Counted from the first letter of the stretch, positions 12,551 through 27,061 are shown. The stretch: 64,000 bases of DNA from Eledone cirrhosa (GCA_964016885.1 OZ024741.1:333870001-333934000), one strand, 5' to 3'. The notes: generated by a model from the letters alone, not told the origin. Made by a program: numbers and translations.

Positions 12551-14081
12551 TTGTAAATAAAGCCAATTGTTCCATTAATATTTAAATGTAAGACTGAGTA
12601 AATAATCCAGTTTGTTGTACCATGGAAAGGTAAAACAAGTCAAACAAAAATGAAAAAATAAATAAATACAATAAAGTAAATATTTCCCCCATTCAATATT
12701 TGGCTAGGTGATTGGTTTTATCTAATCATTGGTTTGACTATCAATCATTTAAATATAAATGATACATACAACTAGGTTACAGACATCAATAATTGAAATT
12801 GATAATATAATTGATAATATAGCCAGAGAACTGTAATAGATTCACGCTATATCATATGGAAATTTGGTTGGAGACTATCAGACTTATAATTATTGGACCA
12901 TTGTCCTGGATTTCCAATTATAACTTTAAATATTTATTGAGATTTTCAGAGTTGTACTTGTATAGCAAGTGACTTGATTTGAGACCAGATTGAAACTAAA
13001 GCAATTACATCATGTAAGAGACGTTTTTGTCATTTAAATAAACAAATAAATAAATGAACTAAAACATGCAAAAACTGTTAAATTCACTTTACATTTATCA
13101 TTTATTTAATGCAACTACTGTTGAACTATGTCAGTGACCAGGTCACAGGGAGTGTGATGAAAACTTTGACACCATGAAATAAATGATAAATGTGTTATTT
13201 TGAATTGCTTACTTAACGCTTTTGATACCAAACTGTCTAGAAGCATCTCAGGTCCTACAATACAAAACTGTATTTCAAAATATTTACCGTCATCATCGTT
13301 TTTACATCGACTTTTCTATGCTAGCATGGGTTGTATAAGACTTTTTGAGGCAACATTTTATAGCTGGATGCCAATCCTGACACCAATAATTTTAATTGCT
13401 TCTTATGGCATCACCAGGTGGCTGAAGTGTGATGAAACCTTTCCTCTAAGAAGTAGTCATCATCATCATCGTCAACAACATTTTATGTTTGCCTTCCATG
13501 CTGGCATGGGTTGGCTGGGTTATCATAGTCCAAATCTAGACAGGTCTTAATGTGACCCTATCTTGCTCATAGGTTGCATATTTGACATGCTTTCTACAGC
13601 TGGAGGCTCTGCCTAATGCCAGCCACATCACGGGGTGTACAGGATGCATTTCTTTTGTGGCATCACCACTAACACTTTACAGAGTGTGCTGAGTGAGTGT
13701 TATCATAGTCACTAATACTTTACATGGTGTTCTGGGTGTAATTTTTCATGGTACCAGCATTACCACTTTACAAGATGTATAGGGTGCATTTTATTGTGGT
13801 ACTAACACAGGGTATAATGGGTAAATTTTACTAAGGTATTAAAACTATCACTTTACAAAGTGGGTTAGGTGTGTTTTAATATAGTACTTACACTAACATT
13901 TTACAGTGTGTACAGGGTACTTTTTATTGTGGTACCAATACTGACACTTTACAGGATGTACTGGGCCACTATCATATTAAGAAATAAACAACTAACAAAC
14001 AGAACAGCTTTTTTTGCTTTCTTAAATAGTTAAAATGAATCTTCCATGATGTAATTTACATAGCCTCATGTTTGGCTGGTA

Positions 14082-14254
14082 TGGCAGTATCAGTAGAGGG
14101 TTGGACGCCATGCTTTCTAGCATAGTTACGTCCCTTTACGGTTTGAGTTCAAATCCCGTTGAGGTTAACTTTGCCTTTCATCCTTACGGGGTCGATAAAA
14201 TAAAGTACCAGTAATGTACTGGGTAATTGCTGGCCTTGTGCCAAAAGTAGAAAC

Positions 14255-14259
<5 letters not shown>
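14082..14259 (+). mobile_element. SINE family A copy
   Basis: Same consensus. The 3' end runs into (TA)n. Confidence 0.85.
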
Positions 14260-14311
<52 letters not shown>

Positions 14312-14696
14312 ATTATATGATATATATGATATTATGTATATATATATATATGATATATATATATATATATACATAATATCATATATATATTATGTATATA
14401 TATATATGATATTATGTATATATACATATGATATTATATATATATGATATTATATAATATATATATATATATATCCCCAGGAGAAAATATGGAAGCTAAA
14501 GGACCCCATAGCCAGAAATAAATTTCAAAGCATATTACTTGACGCTTTCGACAGTAAGGAAGAGCAATTAGAGTCGTATAATATAGAGGAACAGTGGGAA
14601 TTCCTGAGAGCAAACCTGCTGACGGCGGCAGACGAAGTCTGTGGCTGGAGCAGGCCTGTAGGTAGGAGGAGAGTAACATGGTAGTGGAACAGTAAG

Positions 14697-16739
14697 GTGG
14701 AGGAGTCAATTAAGGCCAAAAAGCAGGCTTGGAAAGTATGGCGGGATGGGGGAAGTAGAGAAGACTATCAAGTGGCCAGGAGGGAAGCTAGGAGACAAGT
14801 GTACTTCGCAAGAAGGGAAGCAGAGGAAAGAAAGTTCAAGCATGTTCTACAACGTGAGGACCAAAAACGTGAGGTGTTCAGGATTGCCAGGCAATGTGTC
14901 AAGGAAAACCGTGATATTGTCGGGGAGAAGTGTGTACTTAACGATGATGGCATACTTGCCATCACCGACGCTGATAAGAAGGTAGCTTGGCAGTGTCACT
15001 ACGAAAGGCTTCTAAATGAGGAGAACAAATGGGAGAAAGACAGTCTCCCCCAGATCGATCCAATAGAGGGACCAGCAGTGTTAGTTGAAGGTAGTATAAT
15101 AAGTAAGGCAATCAAAGATATGAAGACGGGTAAGGCGGCTGGGCCTTCGGAAATAGTTGCTGAGATGCTGAAGGCATCTGGTTCGGTGGGACACACCATG
15201 GTCACCCGGATAGTTAACCAAGTCGTACAGAATGGGGTTGTTCCGAAGGAATGGCGTAGCAGCATCATCGTTAACTGCTATAAGGGAAAAGGAGATGCCC
15301 TAGATAGGAGTAACTATAGAGGCATTAAATTAATCGACCAGGTCATGAAGGTCACGGAAAAAGTAATAGCGCAACTAATCAGAGAGAGAATTGATCTAGA
15401 TGAAATGCAGTTCGGGTTTGTGTCAGGCAAAAGTACCACAGACGCTCTTTTCATTGTACGACAACTACAGGAGAAGTACCTAGCTAAAAGTAAACCCCTA
15501 TACTTAGCTTTCATCGACTTGGAGAAAGCCTTCGACAGAGTCCCCCGTTCCATTATCTGGTGGTCTCTTAGAAAACTAGGTGTTGACGAATGGCTTGTGA
15601 GAGCTATACAAGCCATGTATAAAGAAACAGTCAGTAAGGTTAGAATTAACAACGAATATAGTGAAGAGTTTAGCGTAAAAGTTGGTGTCCATCAGGGCTC
15701 TGTTCTTAGCCCCCTACTATTTATTATTGCCCTTCAGGCTATAACAGAGGAGTTCAAGACCGGCTGCCCATGGGAACTCCTATACGCAGATGATCTAACG
15801 CTCATAGCTGAATCAATGACCGAACTAGAGAAGAAATTCCAAACATGGAAGCATGGCCTAGAATCAAAAGGCCTTAAAATTAACCTGGCTAAGACTAAAG
15901 TTCTAGTTTGTAGGAAAGAAAATAAGGCGGCGGTCCCATCTGGGAAATGGCCATGCTCAGTGTGTAGGAAAGGCGTAGGTAGAAACTCCATTTTATGTCC
16001 CAAATGCAAAGTATGGGTGCATAAAAGATGTAGTGGGATCACAGGTAAGCTAACTAAGAACATAGATTTTACATGTGGCCGGTGCTCTGGTGCAATAAGT
16101 AGCAGCAAGTGCCCACAAAATACTAGCTCCTTCAACTGCGCAGAGGGTTCTATAGAAATAGTGGACAGCTTCCGTTATCTGGGTGACAAAATCAGCAGTG
16201 GGGGAGGGTGGTCTGAAAGTACAGTAGCTAGAGTCAGAACTGGATGGAAAAAGTTCAGAGAGCTTATACCACTATTAGCCGCTAGAGGGTTCTCCCTAAA
16301 AATGAAAGGTAGGTTATACGATGCCTGCATACGAACAGCAATGCTGCATGGCAGTGAGACCTGGGCATTGTGTGCAGAGGATATACGCAGACTAGAGAGG
16401 AACGAAGCTTGCATGCTCCGCTGGATGTGCAATAGTAATATACGTGAACGGCAAAGCATAAACGAACTAAGGAAAAAATTAGAAATAAGAGGGATCAGAT
16501 GTTGTTTACTCGAGAGAAGGCTACGTTGGTACGGTCACGTGATGCGCATGAAAGACGACAGCTGTATAACAAAGTGCAGGGCAATAAAGATAGACGGTAG
16601 CCACGGAGTAGGCAGACCCAGAAAAACATGGGACGAGCTGATAAATTCCGACCTCACACGCTTACACCTCTCCAAGACAATGTCACTGGACCGAGACCTT
16701 TGGCGGTACTCAGTAATAGAGAAGACCCGCCTTACCTAA
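14697..16739 (+). pseudogene. RTE reverse transcriptase (partial ORF) with an embedded Cys/His finger
   Basis: Motifs KAAGPSEI, NYRGIKL, QFGFVSGKST, FIDLEKAFDRV, GVHQGSVLSPLLF, LLYADD, FRYLG, RRLRWYGHV. Finger CSVC...CPKCKVWVHKRC...CGRC. Confidence 0.9.
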
Positions 16740-16909
16740 ATACAAAGTAAAAACCTACTACAGTCAGTAGGCATCTCTATCAAAACACACCCCCGTCCCA
16801 CCACCTCCACCCCACCCACACCGCCCCTTTCAATGTAAAGTTATGTTGGTCCCACAACATCCAGGCCGAAACAAATGAGATCGTGTAGGTGTCACGACAA
16901 AAAACACAC

Positions 16910-17139
16910 AGTCCACGCTGTAAATGTGGCCGTGTAGGCAACACGGTAAAAACCTCCCAGCCCCACACTGTAAATGTGGTTGGTGTTAGGAAGGGCATCC
17001 AGCTGTAGAAAACCCGCCAGACAGTCCACGCTGTAATGTGGCCGTGTAGGCAACACGGTAAAAACCTCCCAGCCCCACACTGTAAATGTGGTTGGTGTTA
17101 GGAAGGGCATCCAACTGTAGAAAACCCGCCAGACAGTCC
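16910..17139 (+). repeat. Tandem duplication (~113 bp x2) in the RTE 3' UTR
   Basis: cagtccacgctgtaaatgtggccgtgtagg...aggaagggcatccagctgtagaaaacccgccaga occurs twice in succession. Confidence 0.9.
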
Positions 17140-19814
17140 TATGCGAGCAAGACAACCACTCTTGCCTCAAGTGGGAAAATCCCCGTCCAAACCCATGCAA
17201 GCATGGAACACGGACGCTAAACCTGATGATGATGATGATGATGATATATTATTGAAATAAATTGTGAAAATTGATCTCTCATAGAATAAGAATGATATGC
17301 AGTGATAGCTACAGTCTGGAAACAACCTTTGTCGTGGTCATGTGGTCATTTATTTTGGCAATGTGTCCAATAGTTTAATTGACTAGAAACACCTTTATAA
17401 ACAGTTGCCAAATATACTACCATCTGGATGTATAATATTGATTACTATATGGGAGGTATTAATTCGTGGCTTAGATAGTTTCCATTTCTACAAAAACAGA
17501 CTGGTCACTCAGATTGGTCAACAGGGAATGAAATCTGAAAATCAGAATGATATTTTCATAGGAACCTGAGGTTGAATTAATCAGAGCAAACAGAAATGTA
17601 TAATGAAATGCATTCATTCATTAACTAATAGTTTTAAAGGTAACATTTCATCTGTGCGTCGTTAGAAGGTGGTGGTGATGATAGTGGTGGTGGTGATGAT
17701 AATGGTGGTGGTGGTGGTGGTGGTGGTGGTGGTGGTGTGGTGTGGGTGAGGATGATGGTGGTAGTGGTGGTGTGTTTGGTATTAGTGGTGGTAGTGGTGA
17801 TGGTAGTTGGAATGTTCACATCTAGAACATTGAATGGATAGGCATTCTATATGTATGCATGAACCCATAACTCCTAATGGAGTCATAAGGGCCCCTTCAT
17901 TATATTCAGCATACTTTGGGCCCATCCCACTCCAGGTCAGAACAGCCTATTTCCTCTAGAGAATCAAAGAGAGAAAGCAAGACAGAACTGAGAAAGAGAT
18001 ATAGAATAAAAACTGATCCCCCAGTATTGAACTGCTATGTTATTGATCTCAAAAGCATGAAAAGCAAAGTTGACCTTGGCAGAATGTTTTAAAAGCAATT
18101 CTTTGCTTTCAAGTCGCTATCTTTACTCCTTTTTCCCCGTAACTCCCGAGGGAGTCATAGGGGTGCTGTAGTGACATATGGCATTTCTTGAGCATTTTTA
18201 AACCTTAGGGAGCCCATCCTTCTCCAGGCCTGAGTACAGCAGCTTTCTTCCAGAGAAGGATAGAGAGTGAGAAAGAGGTATAGAGGAAGAATCCACCCCA
18301 GTACTTGACTGGTACATTTTCTCAGCTTTGAAAGGATGACAGGCAAAGTTGACCTCGGCAAGATTTAAAAATCTCAGAGCCAGAAAGAATACCACAAAGC
18401 ATTCTATCTGATATTCTAATGACAGCCAATTCTCTGCCCTAAACATCTGTAAACAGAACCTTAAATAATTTTCAATTTGCTCTTCTCCATAGTATAGAAA
18501 GTCATCTTATCTCAAGCTTGTTTTTTTTTAGCATTTATTTTCATCAGTATTCCTATCTTTTCTCTTTCTCCTACACTTCTATTAGTCTTTTCTTTTTTTC
18601 TTTTTCTTTCCAACTACTGCTTCCTTCGTAGTTACTGACATAATTCTTGACAGTAATAATGTATGGTATGATCCTATAACTCCTGGTGGAGTTGTAGGAT
18701 TGCCATAGTGACATACAGTATTTATTGGACATTATACATCTAGTGGAGCCCAACCCCTCTTTAGGACTGAACATAGCTGGTTTCTTCCAGAAAAGAAAAG
18801 AAGTGAGAAAGAAATATAGAGGAACAATTAACTTCAGTACTGGGCTCTGTCAGTTTTCCACCTACCCATAATGATCTTCTTGAAGCATCTGATGCCTTGA
18901 GGTGGTGGTGAGGCATTTACAAAGTTCAAGCTCCAAAACCCTCGGTAGACCATTGCAATATGCAGATCCATTCCTTTGAAGCCTGTGTCCATCTTGGTGA
19001 TTGAATTCAAAGTGATATATGGTTAGTGAGGAGCAATCTTCCAACAGGTTTATAATGGCAAGTGACATGGCCAGCAAGGGCCAGATGATGACGCTTCACA
19101 ACATCAGAGATGTGAAGCTGGGATCCATACAGAGACTTGTGTGTTGGATGACATCTCCAGGAGATGGTATATGCTCAGCATAGCATTCTGTTTATGTACC
19201 ACCGAGTCTCCTGCAGTGAACAGCACACAATCCTTTTCTACAGCCTGGAGTTGTGAACCAATAATAATATATTGCCCTAATTCCCTATTTTCACACTGCC
19301 ATGTAGACCAAAAGCTCTGTTCTTTTACTCTAAAAGTAGAGTAAAACAACATCACAATATTATCATTATTGTTCAACATGTATTGCATCTATGTTTGTGC
19401 GTACATGGAAACTTAGCTCCATAATCAATATAAACTACCCACTTGAAACTTCCTCATGTTCACAAGATAATAATCAATAATTTAAATCTAGTGTTTTCTT
19501 CTTATAGTCTTTTCATTAAACTAGTCTTCAGCTGTTTTCACAACACAGTGGATTGTGTTTACATGGAAACACTAGTAAATATAATTTATTGACACAATCT
19601 ATTAAACCAAAATCAAACAATCAATCAATCAGACAAAAATCTATGATAATAAGGTGATTAATTATCACTGTACTTAACTAACTTATGTCAATTTTGGGGA
19701 AAAATATCAAAAATTCTTCTGAAATTTTAAACATATTCAAACCACAATCATGAAATATTGTCAAATTAATAAATTTCTAATGTTTACCATTGAAAAAGAT
19801 TAACATAGAAAAGG

Positions 19815-20095
19815 TCTTGAGAGTCACTCCAGGTAGAGCCACTACTTTCCTGTATTGAGAGATCACAGCCCTGATATATGGATAAGTGGTTAGAATGTCT
19901 GAGGAAAGAATTGCTGGACAGATTTTACAGGCAAAACCAACTGGCAGGAGACCCAGGGATAGACCCCTAGCAATATTAGCTCAGCTGGTCTTGCTTGGGA
20001 ATCCAGGTGGGTTAACTGGAGATGGTTGTTTCCGACAGGACCCACAGGAAGAAGTGTTTGAGGACTTAGCCCCACGACCCTTCCAGGGAGAGGAA
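19815..20095 (+). pseudogene. Decayed RTE C-terminal fragment
   Basis: VRMSEERIAGQILQAKPTGRRPRDRP. Confidence 0.65.
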
Positions 20096-20134
20096 GAAGT
20101 ATTTTCAACTAAGAAATGTCTTCAGTAGTTACAC

Positions 20135-20560
20135 CATCATTGTCATTTTACATCATTTTTTAATGCTTGCCTGGATTAGTTGTGTTCTCTCTAATGTAAC
20201 ATCCCTCCATCTCCACATGCTTCTTTTTTTTTGCCATCTCCTTTGTTTGATTTAATATCTTGAGATCAGATCTCAAAATTTCTGCCCACATCATTCTTGA
20301 TACTTGGTCTTCTTTGTGGCTATCTTCCACTTGGAGCTCCTGCCAATTCTTCACTCAATCATCATCTTCATCCATATGCACATCATATCTGTATAAAGGC
20401 AATCTTCTCTCTTGCACATAATGTATGAGTCTACTTATGCCTAGGGTTTCTCTCACCTCGTTCATGGTTCACTGTTCAGGCATGTTAACGTATTACACAT
20501 CCAGTGGAGCATACTTCTCTCCAGTCTTCACAGAACTGTATTTACTGCCCATGTATAGCT
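20135..20560 (-). pseudogene. Decayed RTE 3' fragment related to the element at 14475
   Basis: WAEILRSDLK...EMAK aligns with WDELINSDLTRLHLSKTM, and a tga-type tail follows. Confidence 0.55.
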
Positions 20561-20573
20561 ACAATCTATCCTT

Positions 20574-20611
<38 letters not shown>

Positions 20612-21236
20612 GAGAGAGAGAGAGGGAGAGTCTTTTTGTAATCAACAGAAGTAATAGCTTCCTGAACTTTTTCTTATTGTAGCTTATCTGTTCGTAATGT
20701 AACCGCTATACTTTTACAGTAATCTCCTCCTAATTAGCTCATATATGTAACAGAAGTTATCAACTACTATGAATCCTTCTCTAGATTGGAAGTTTATTTC
20801 ACTGGTGCCCTTACTATCATCTATTCTTAAGCACCTGTCACAAACAAATACTAACTTCTTTGTTTGTCTCTTGTATACTAAATGATTAGATAATCCATAA
20901 TAATTTCATGCATACCATACATAAAATACATGCCATGGTATAAGTAGGAGTTAAAGTTCTGATAAACCAAGCCTGTGGTCAAGGCTGGAAACTCATATAT
21001 GGCTATTTCACTTCGCTAATACCTTTGGTAAAATTATGAACAGTATAGCTCCAGGCTTGTTCCTTCTGTGCAAAACCTTGAGCAAGTGTCTTATTTTAGC
21101 CTCATTAAATCTGTGATAAAAATAGATATTTATCATCAATTTATTACTATATTTCTAATAAAAGACAGTCTATAATTTCAAATCTTTTTTTAAAATATTA
21201 AGAATTTGGAGGGATTTAGTAATATAACTTTCTCAT

Positions 21237-21419
21237 ATTGGCAGTATTGGTAGAGGGTCGGATGCCATGCTTTGCAGCAAAGAGTTACGCCCCTTTATAA
21301 TCTGAGTTCAAATCCCGCCGAGGTTAACTTTGCCTTTCATCCTTACGGGGTCGATAAAATAAAATACCAGTAATACACTGGGATAATTGCTGGCCTTGTG
21401 CCAAAAGTAGAAACAATTA
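21237..21419 (+). mobile_element. SINE family A copy
   Basis: Same consensus. Confidence 0.85.
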
Positions 21420-24186
21420 CTAAGTTAGTGTTTGGAGCAAAACTTTAAAATTCTTATATAAATTATATGGAAGGTCTGAAGATAAACATAAACACTTTAA
21501 CGCTTTTGATACCAACTGAGGTAAAACCAACTCTAGTTCTATGCAACAAAATCGGTCATTTTAAAAGGCTCCTACTTAAATTAAAATCTTCCAACATAAT
21601 TTTATATAAGAATTGTATATCAAGTTATCTTAGTAAGGAAATAATTCATAATTTTAATAAATCCCTCAAAATTATTCATTAATTGAAATAAAATGTATCT
21701 CATTAGAAATATGGTTAGAAAAGGGTTAATATAAACAGTTTTGTATCATAGAATAAAGGGTGTTGTCTGGCGGTTTGATATCAAAAAGCTTAAATGATGT
21801 TAGAGAATGTTTTACTTATTTGAACCACACATATAAAACCGCATATCTAATAGGATGTTTGACGTAAAATCATAATGTTGTTGGATGATTCCTGGACAGG
21901 GTGCTGCATTGTGTTCTTGAGCAAAACATTTTATTCCAAGTTACTCCAGTACACTCGACTGAGCATGAGTACAATCAGTAGCTAGGGAGTTAATCCTGTG
22001 ATAGACCAGCATCCTATCCAGGGAGAGTCTTGTATTCTCATTTGCTTAATACCAAGCAAATTGGGGATAAATGTTAACCTAATAAGCCTTCGGCTTAAAA
22101 CAGACTAACTAACTTTATAATGTATTTGCTAAAACAATGAGAAACTGTTCTATCATTTATCAAACTAACCAAACTTTTTGTCAACTTAGCAAACTCACAG
22201 ACAAATTTAGCTGTACATCATTTACTAAATAAATGTTTAATTAACTTTTAATGTCCTGTACCACGTGAAACCACATTATCAAGACATTCTTCAAGGGTAC
22301 AAAACAGCACTATGACAGGATCACATTAAAAATGAATGTCTTTAGTTGAATGTAAACATTCATTTTGATCTGTACACTATTAAATATACTATAATCCCTT
22401 GAAATGACAAAGCATGTGAAACCACATTAGCAATACTTTCTTCAAAATTATATAACAGAGCTTTGTTGCATTACATTAAAAATCAAAGTCTTTAGTTTAC
22501 TGAAAATGTTCACAATGATCTGTCCACTAATAAATATAATATAAACATGTGAATTGACAAACACGTTTTTGAATATTTTCTATTATTAGCAAGATGTTCA
22601 GAATTAAGAAAGTTTTCCAAATTTTAATATTAGCTTCTACCATCTGTAAAGTGGTTGAGTTGGTGACAGGACAAAAATCGCCCAGTCCACACTGTAAAGT
22701 GGTTGTGTTGGTGTCATGACAAAATGGTCCACACTGTAAATATGCTTGGCATTAGGAAGGGCATCCAGCCATAGAAACCAAGCCAGAAACAGTTCTGTGT
22801 GAGCAAGAATGATCATCTGATCTGACTTGTCTTACAATGGGACAATTGTCTAACCCATGCCAGTATGGAAAAATGGTAAACGGTGATGATGATGATTATT
22901 ATTTTGGAATCACAATGTTTACTTTCATTCTACAAAATATAACATTTTAGATTATTTTATCAAATTTTAACAATTTGAAGCTGGAATGAAAAATCACTAA
23001 TTTAAAAGAAAAAAAATCTAATTCTTAAAAAAAAAAAAAGTGTGTAAACAAAAATAATGAAAAGGTCTTTTAAAAAATCTTTGCCAATATGAAAGAAAAT
23101 TCGTTATGAAAATTATATAGCATTTCTTACAGCTTTGTATTACATACATATATTTTTTAATATCTTTATTGCATCTGTCTTATGTTTCCATAATATTTCT
23201 CACCCAATTTGGATTTCTCCTTTCATCTCTCTCTCTGTCTCTCTCTCTCTCACCTTTAATCTCATCTGCCACTGGCTACACTTGAGCTTTGCTTTACTTG
23301 ATCCATGCTTTCACACCCTACCCACCCCTACCCCTGTTATTGTGTTGCACTTCTCACATGTTGAAAATGTCGACAGTGTTCACTTAAGCTTCCCCATATT
23401 TGCCTCAACATTTGGCAAAAACCTTTTAACTAAGAAATATTACCAAATTCTACTTAAGAGTTGTTAATCTAGGGGGATAAAGTCATTCATATTTTTCTTT
23501 CTTTTTAATCAATTCCTTCATCTCAATCCTGCAGTCAGTCTCTGCAATTTACCTCCTCAACATTCCTCTCTTCACAGTCATTACCAACTTGGTAGCATGG
23601 AAGAGAGGGGAGACAAGGGAGAGGGACAAGAGAATAGACAATAGAAGGAGAGAGAGAGAGAGAGAGAGCAAAAAGACAAGGAAAGGAGAGAGAGAGATAA
23701 AAGACAAGGAAGGGAGAGAGAGAGAGAGAGAGAGAGAAGAGACAAGAGAGAGAAAGAGATAAGAGACAAGAGAAAGAAAAGACAAGGGCGAGAGAGAAAG
23801 AGAAAAGACAAGGGGGAGAGAGAGAGAGAAAGAAAAGACAAGAGAGAGAGGAGAGACAAGGGATAGAGAGAGAGAGAGTGAGAATAGTTAAGGGAAGGTA
23901 GGGAGGGGTGGTAGAGAAATAGAAAAAGGATGAAAGGAAAGAAAATTTTCTGTTTGCTTTCCAGCAGGCTGAAATATTCTATCATATGTAATTATAGACA
24001 GAACAGATTGAAGGAACTGTCTACTTCACTCATTTATTGGAATTCACCAATTTTTATGAGCTCTGACTCACTCAGTCCTTGGAGTCTTTAGAGTCTTTTC
24101 TTATTTTCTTTAAAGTGATTATTCTTCCTTGCCATTATTTGGTAAACTTAAAACATTTCTTCATATCTTTCATACTCTCCAACACA

Positions 24187-24188
<2 letters not shown>

Positions 24189-24254
<66 letters not shown>
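24189..24254. repeat. (CT)n microsatellite
   Basis: Read directly from the sequence. Confidence 0.95.
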
Positions 24255-24257
<3 letters not shown>

Positions 24258-24538
24258 CCTTCTGTCTCACTTTCTCTCTATTTATTTATCTTATTTTATT
24301 TATTGTTTGGTATTACAAATTTGTGGATCATTATATCAACTTTATTAAATATTCTCTCTGTCACTCACTCGCTCACTCACTATCTATCTATCTATATATC
24401 TATGTGTCTCTCCTTCTCTCTTTCTCTGTCACCAGAAATAGATTTTTTTTTAAAGTAATTTTTATTCTTTTATTTATTTATTTAAATTTTTATGTTAAAT
24501 GAAACTGAAAATAATGTGCAATAATAATAATATTTTTT

Positions 24539-24576
<38 letters not shown>

Positions 24577-24924
24577 TTGTGAAGTGTTGAGAGTAAATTA
24601 CATCTAACTCATTGCTTCATTATTGCTACTCATTGTGCTATTATTACCAGTCGTTCACAGTTAGTTTTATAAACCCGACAATACATTCAACTAAATGCTT
24701 CTACAGCTAACTCTAAACTACTTCCTTTTGTATAAGCTGTATGCCTCTTCTCTCTTCTCTTCTTTGCTTTTATTTTTCACTTTCCTTCTTTCTTTATTTA
24801 TTTATTTCTCCATTCACCCCTATAGCATGCTGAATTTAAATCAGCAGGATTTGTGTCTCTTAAAAGCCATTCAATATCACTTGAATACTCTGTAATGGTT
24901 TCCAATAGTGTATAAACTCCTATC

Positions 24925-24963
24925 AACAACAACAATAATAACAATAAAAACAACAGCAACAAC

Positions 24964-25036
<73 letters not shown>

Positions 25037-25056
25037 GCAGCAATAATAATAATAAG
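24925..25056. repeat. (AAT)n microsatellite
   Basis: Read directly from the sequence. Confidence 0.95.
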
Positions 25057-26199
25057 ATAAATAAATAAGTAAAAAGCAATATGAAATGAAAATATGCTTT
25101 CTGATGTTAAGATTTCCTGTTAGAAATTTTGGAATCAATAAATAACAGTATTTAAGGGTTCAAAGTAGCAGAGTGTTGTGAAAGATTTATCTGAAACACT
25201 TAGCAAGTCAGTTAGTAAACAATGCCACAGACTCTGAGATGTGAAAAATCTGAACTGAGCTGACCAGAATATTCCCAGTCTTAAGTGGAATTCTATTCTA
25301 CACTTGCTATTTCTAGTTTAATGTCAACTCTTCTGCATTTACAGATACAAACTCTAAATAGAGATACTATACTATGATACATGAATACTATACTATGAAG
25401 TATGGATGAGGTGAAAGAAAACTGGCTATGGGTTGAAGTCTGAGTCTAAAGTCTGTCTTAAGCCTGGAGGTTCATCGGGCTGGTGCTTATCCCAGTTTCT
25501 GTGACATGAAGCAACTGAGAATATAAGACTCCCACTGGACAGGGCACCAGTCCATCTCAGGGTTGAAGTCCCTCTCAAGCCTGGAGGCTCATCATGCCAG
25601 TGCTTATCCCAGTTTTTGTGGTGTTAAGCGACTGAGAGTACAAGACCCCTCCTGGAGATGGCACCAGTCCATTGCGTGGTTAAACTCCAAGCTTCTGCTG
25701 ATACTCATTTTCAGCTGAGTATACAGAAGAAATGTGAAATGAAGTGTTTTGCTCAAAAACATAGCACACAATGCATGATTGTACATTCAACACATTTACC
25801 ATTAGGCAACGCAGAATCTTTATATGTGCAATGAGTTGATTGTAGTTCTTTTGATCTTTGATAACATCTCATGCTTTCAAGTAATTTGGCTCCAATTTGG
25901 CAAGGACCTCAGCTTAAGAAAAAGAAATGATGGGCTCCTAGTTTCTTTAGGACAACTAGACTTCAGCCTAGTTATCCATATCAATAATACAGATCTAGAG
26001 AAAGGGCCCCATGATGAGAAGCCTGTCAATGGGTTCACATGACTAACCTCAGCTTTAGCAAGGAATGGGGCTATACAATACTTTTTATTGTGGTTTGCAT
26101 CAAATAGTTAAGAGTCTATTTTAAACTGTCTTCAGTGAACAGAAAAAAAAGAAATGAAAAGAAGTAAAAGAAAAAAAGAATTAAGCAATGAAAGAAAGA

Positions 26200-26427
26200 G
26201 AGTGGGGCGGACGGACAGACACACCCCAGTCTGAGCAGTGTTTCAGTTGCACCCTGCAGACATAATGGCAACGGAGAATAACCAGAGACACCCACTGCAA
26301 CAGCCATCCCACTTCATGGGGCTCCTTCCTCAAATGAGCTGCTGCCTTTCTGATTTTACAGAGGAAAACAGCAGTGGTGACCAAAGTGACCAGAGGTCTC
26401 AACAGCGACTAGTACAAAGAGGAAATG
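26200..26427 (+). promoter_or_regulatory. Putative promoter (GC box) and non-coding first exon of the protocadherin
   Basis: A non-repetitive, locally GC-richer stretch with GGGGCGG at about 26204. Possible donor ATG|GTTGGT at 26428. The acceptor at 27012 needs an upstream exon. Confidence 0.35.
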
Positions 26428-27061
26428 GTTGGTCAGGCATCAGTATTTAAACTATATCTTTAGTTAATCTTGAGAAGTTGCTTTTGAAATCATTGTTCTA
26501 TATTAACTTATAACATCTTGTAATGAATGAATAATGAGGAATAAAGATAAAGTGGAAATCATATGGTGCATGTGTTTATTTTATTGGCAATACTGGAAAC
26601 ATGGCCATCCCCAAATATAACAATCTTGTTACGATTTATCAGAAAATATCTAAAAACAGGTTTCTTAAATGCAAATGTTTATAAGTATCGTTACTAGTGG
26701 ATGGACAGAAAATTGAGTAACTTTGCAATATCAGAGTAAAGACTGGAAAATGAACCAATAATGATTTAGCAGAAAATATCTTTAAAAAAAGAAATAGGTT
26801 CAAATGTGTATGTGTTTACTAGTGTACAGATCATTATGAAAACTTGCAGTATTAGAGTAAAGACTTTAATTTTTAATGTGATGTAGTTATAGTGTTGTTT
26901 TGTACTTTTTGAAATGTCTTGTTAATGTGGTTTCATGTGGTACAGAACATTATGATTTAACAAAATATTTTAAATTGTTTATTTTAAAAGAGCTTTTTTC
27001 TTCTTCTTTCAGATATCTGGGATGTTTTGAGATTTGCATCTTAACAAAAGTTGTAGCAGTA

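Larger units (their letters stand above)
14475..17243 (+). mobile_element. 5'-truncated RTE-clade non-LTR retrotransposon inserted next to a (TA)n tract
   Basis: RT ORF plus coding-like sequence upstream (WKLKDP...EEQWEFLRANLLTAADEVCG...TW*WN, with in-frame TAG at 14682). No APE domain is present. The 3' UTR contains AGGAAGGGCATCC and ends in a (TGA)n tail. Confidence 0.92.

Noticed and set aside
18860-19320. GC-richer segment that may be a decayed LTR pol fragment
   Set aside because: No convincing RT, RNase H or integrase motif could be read.
26900-27061. N-terminal extension of the 883-aa ORF
   Set aside because: It starts at a non-ATG codon in repeat-derived intron sequence upstream of a strong acceptor. 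The signal peptide starts at 27062.
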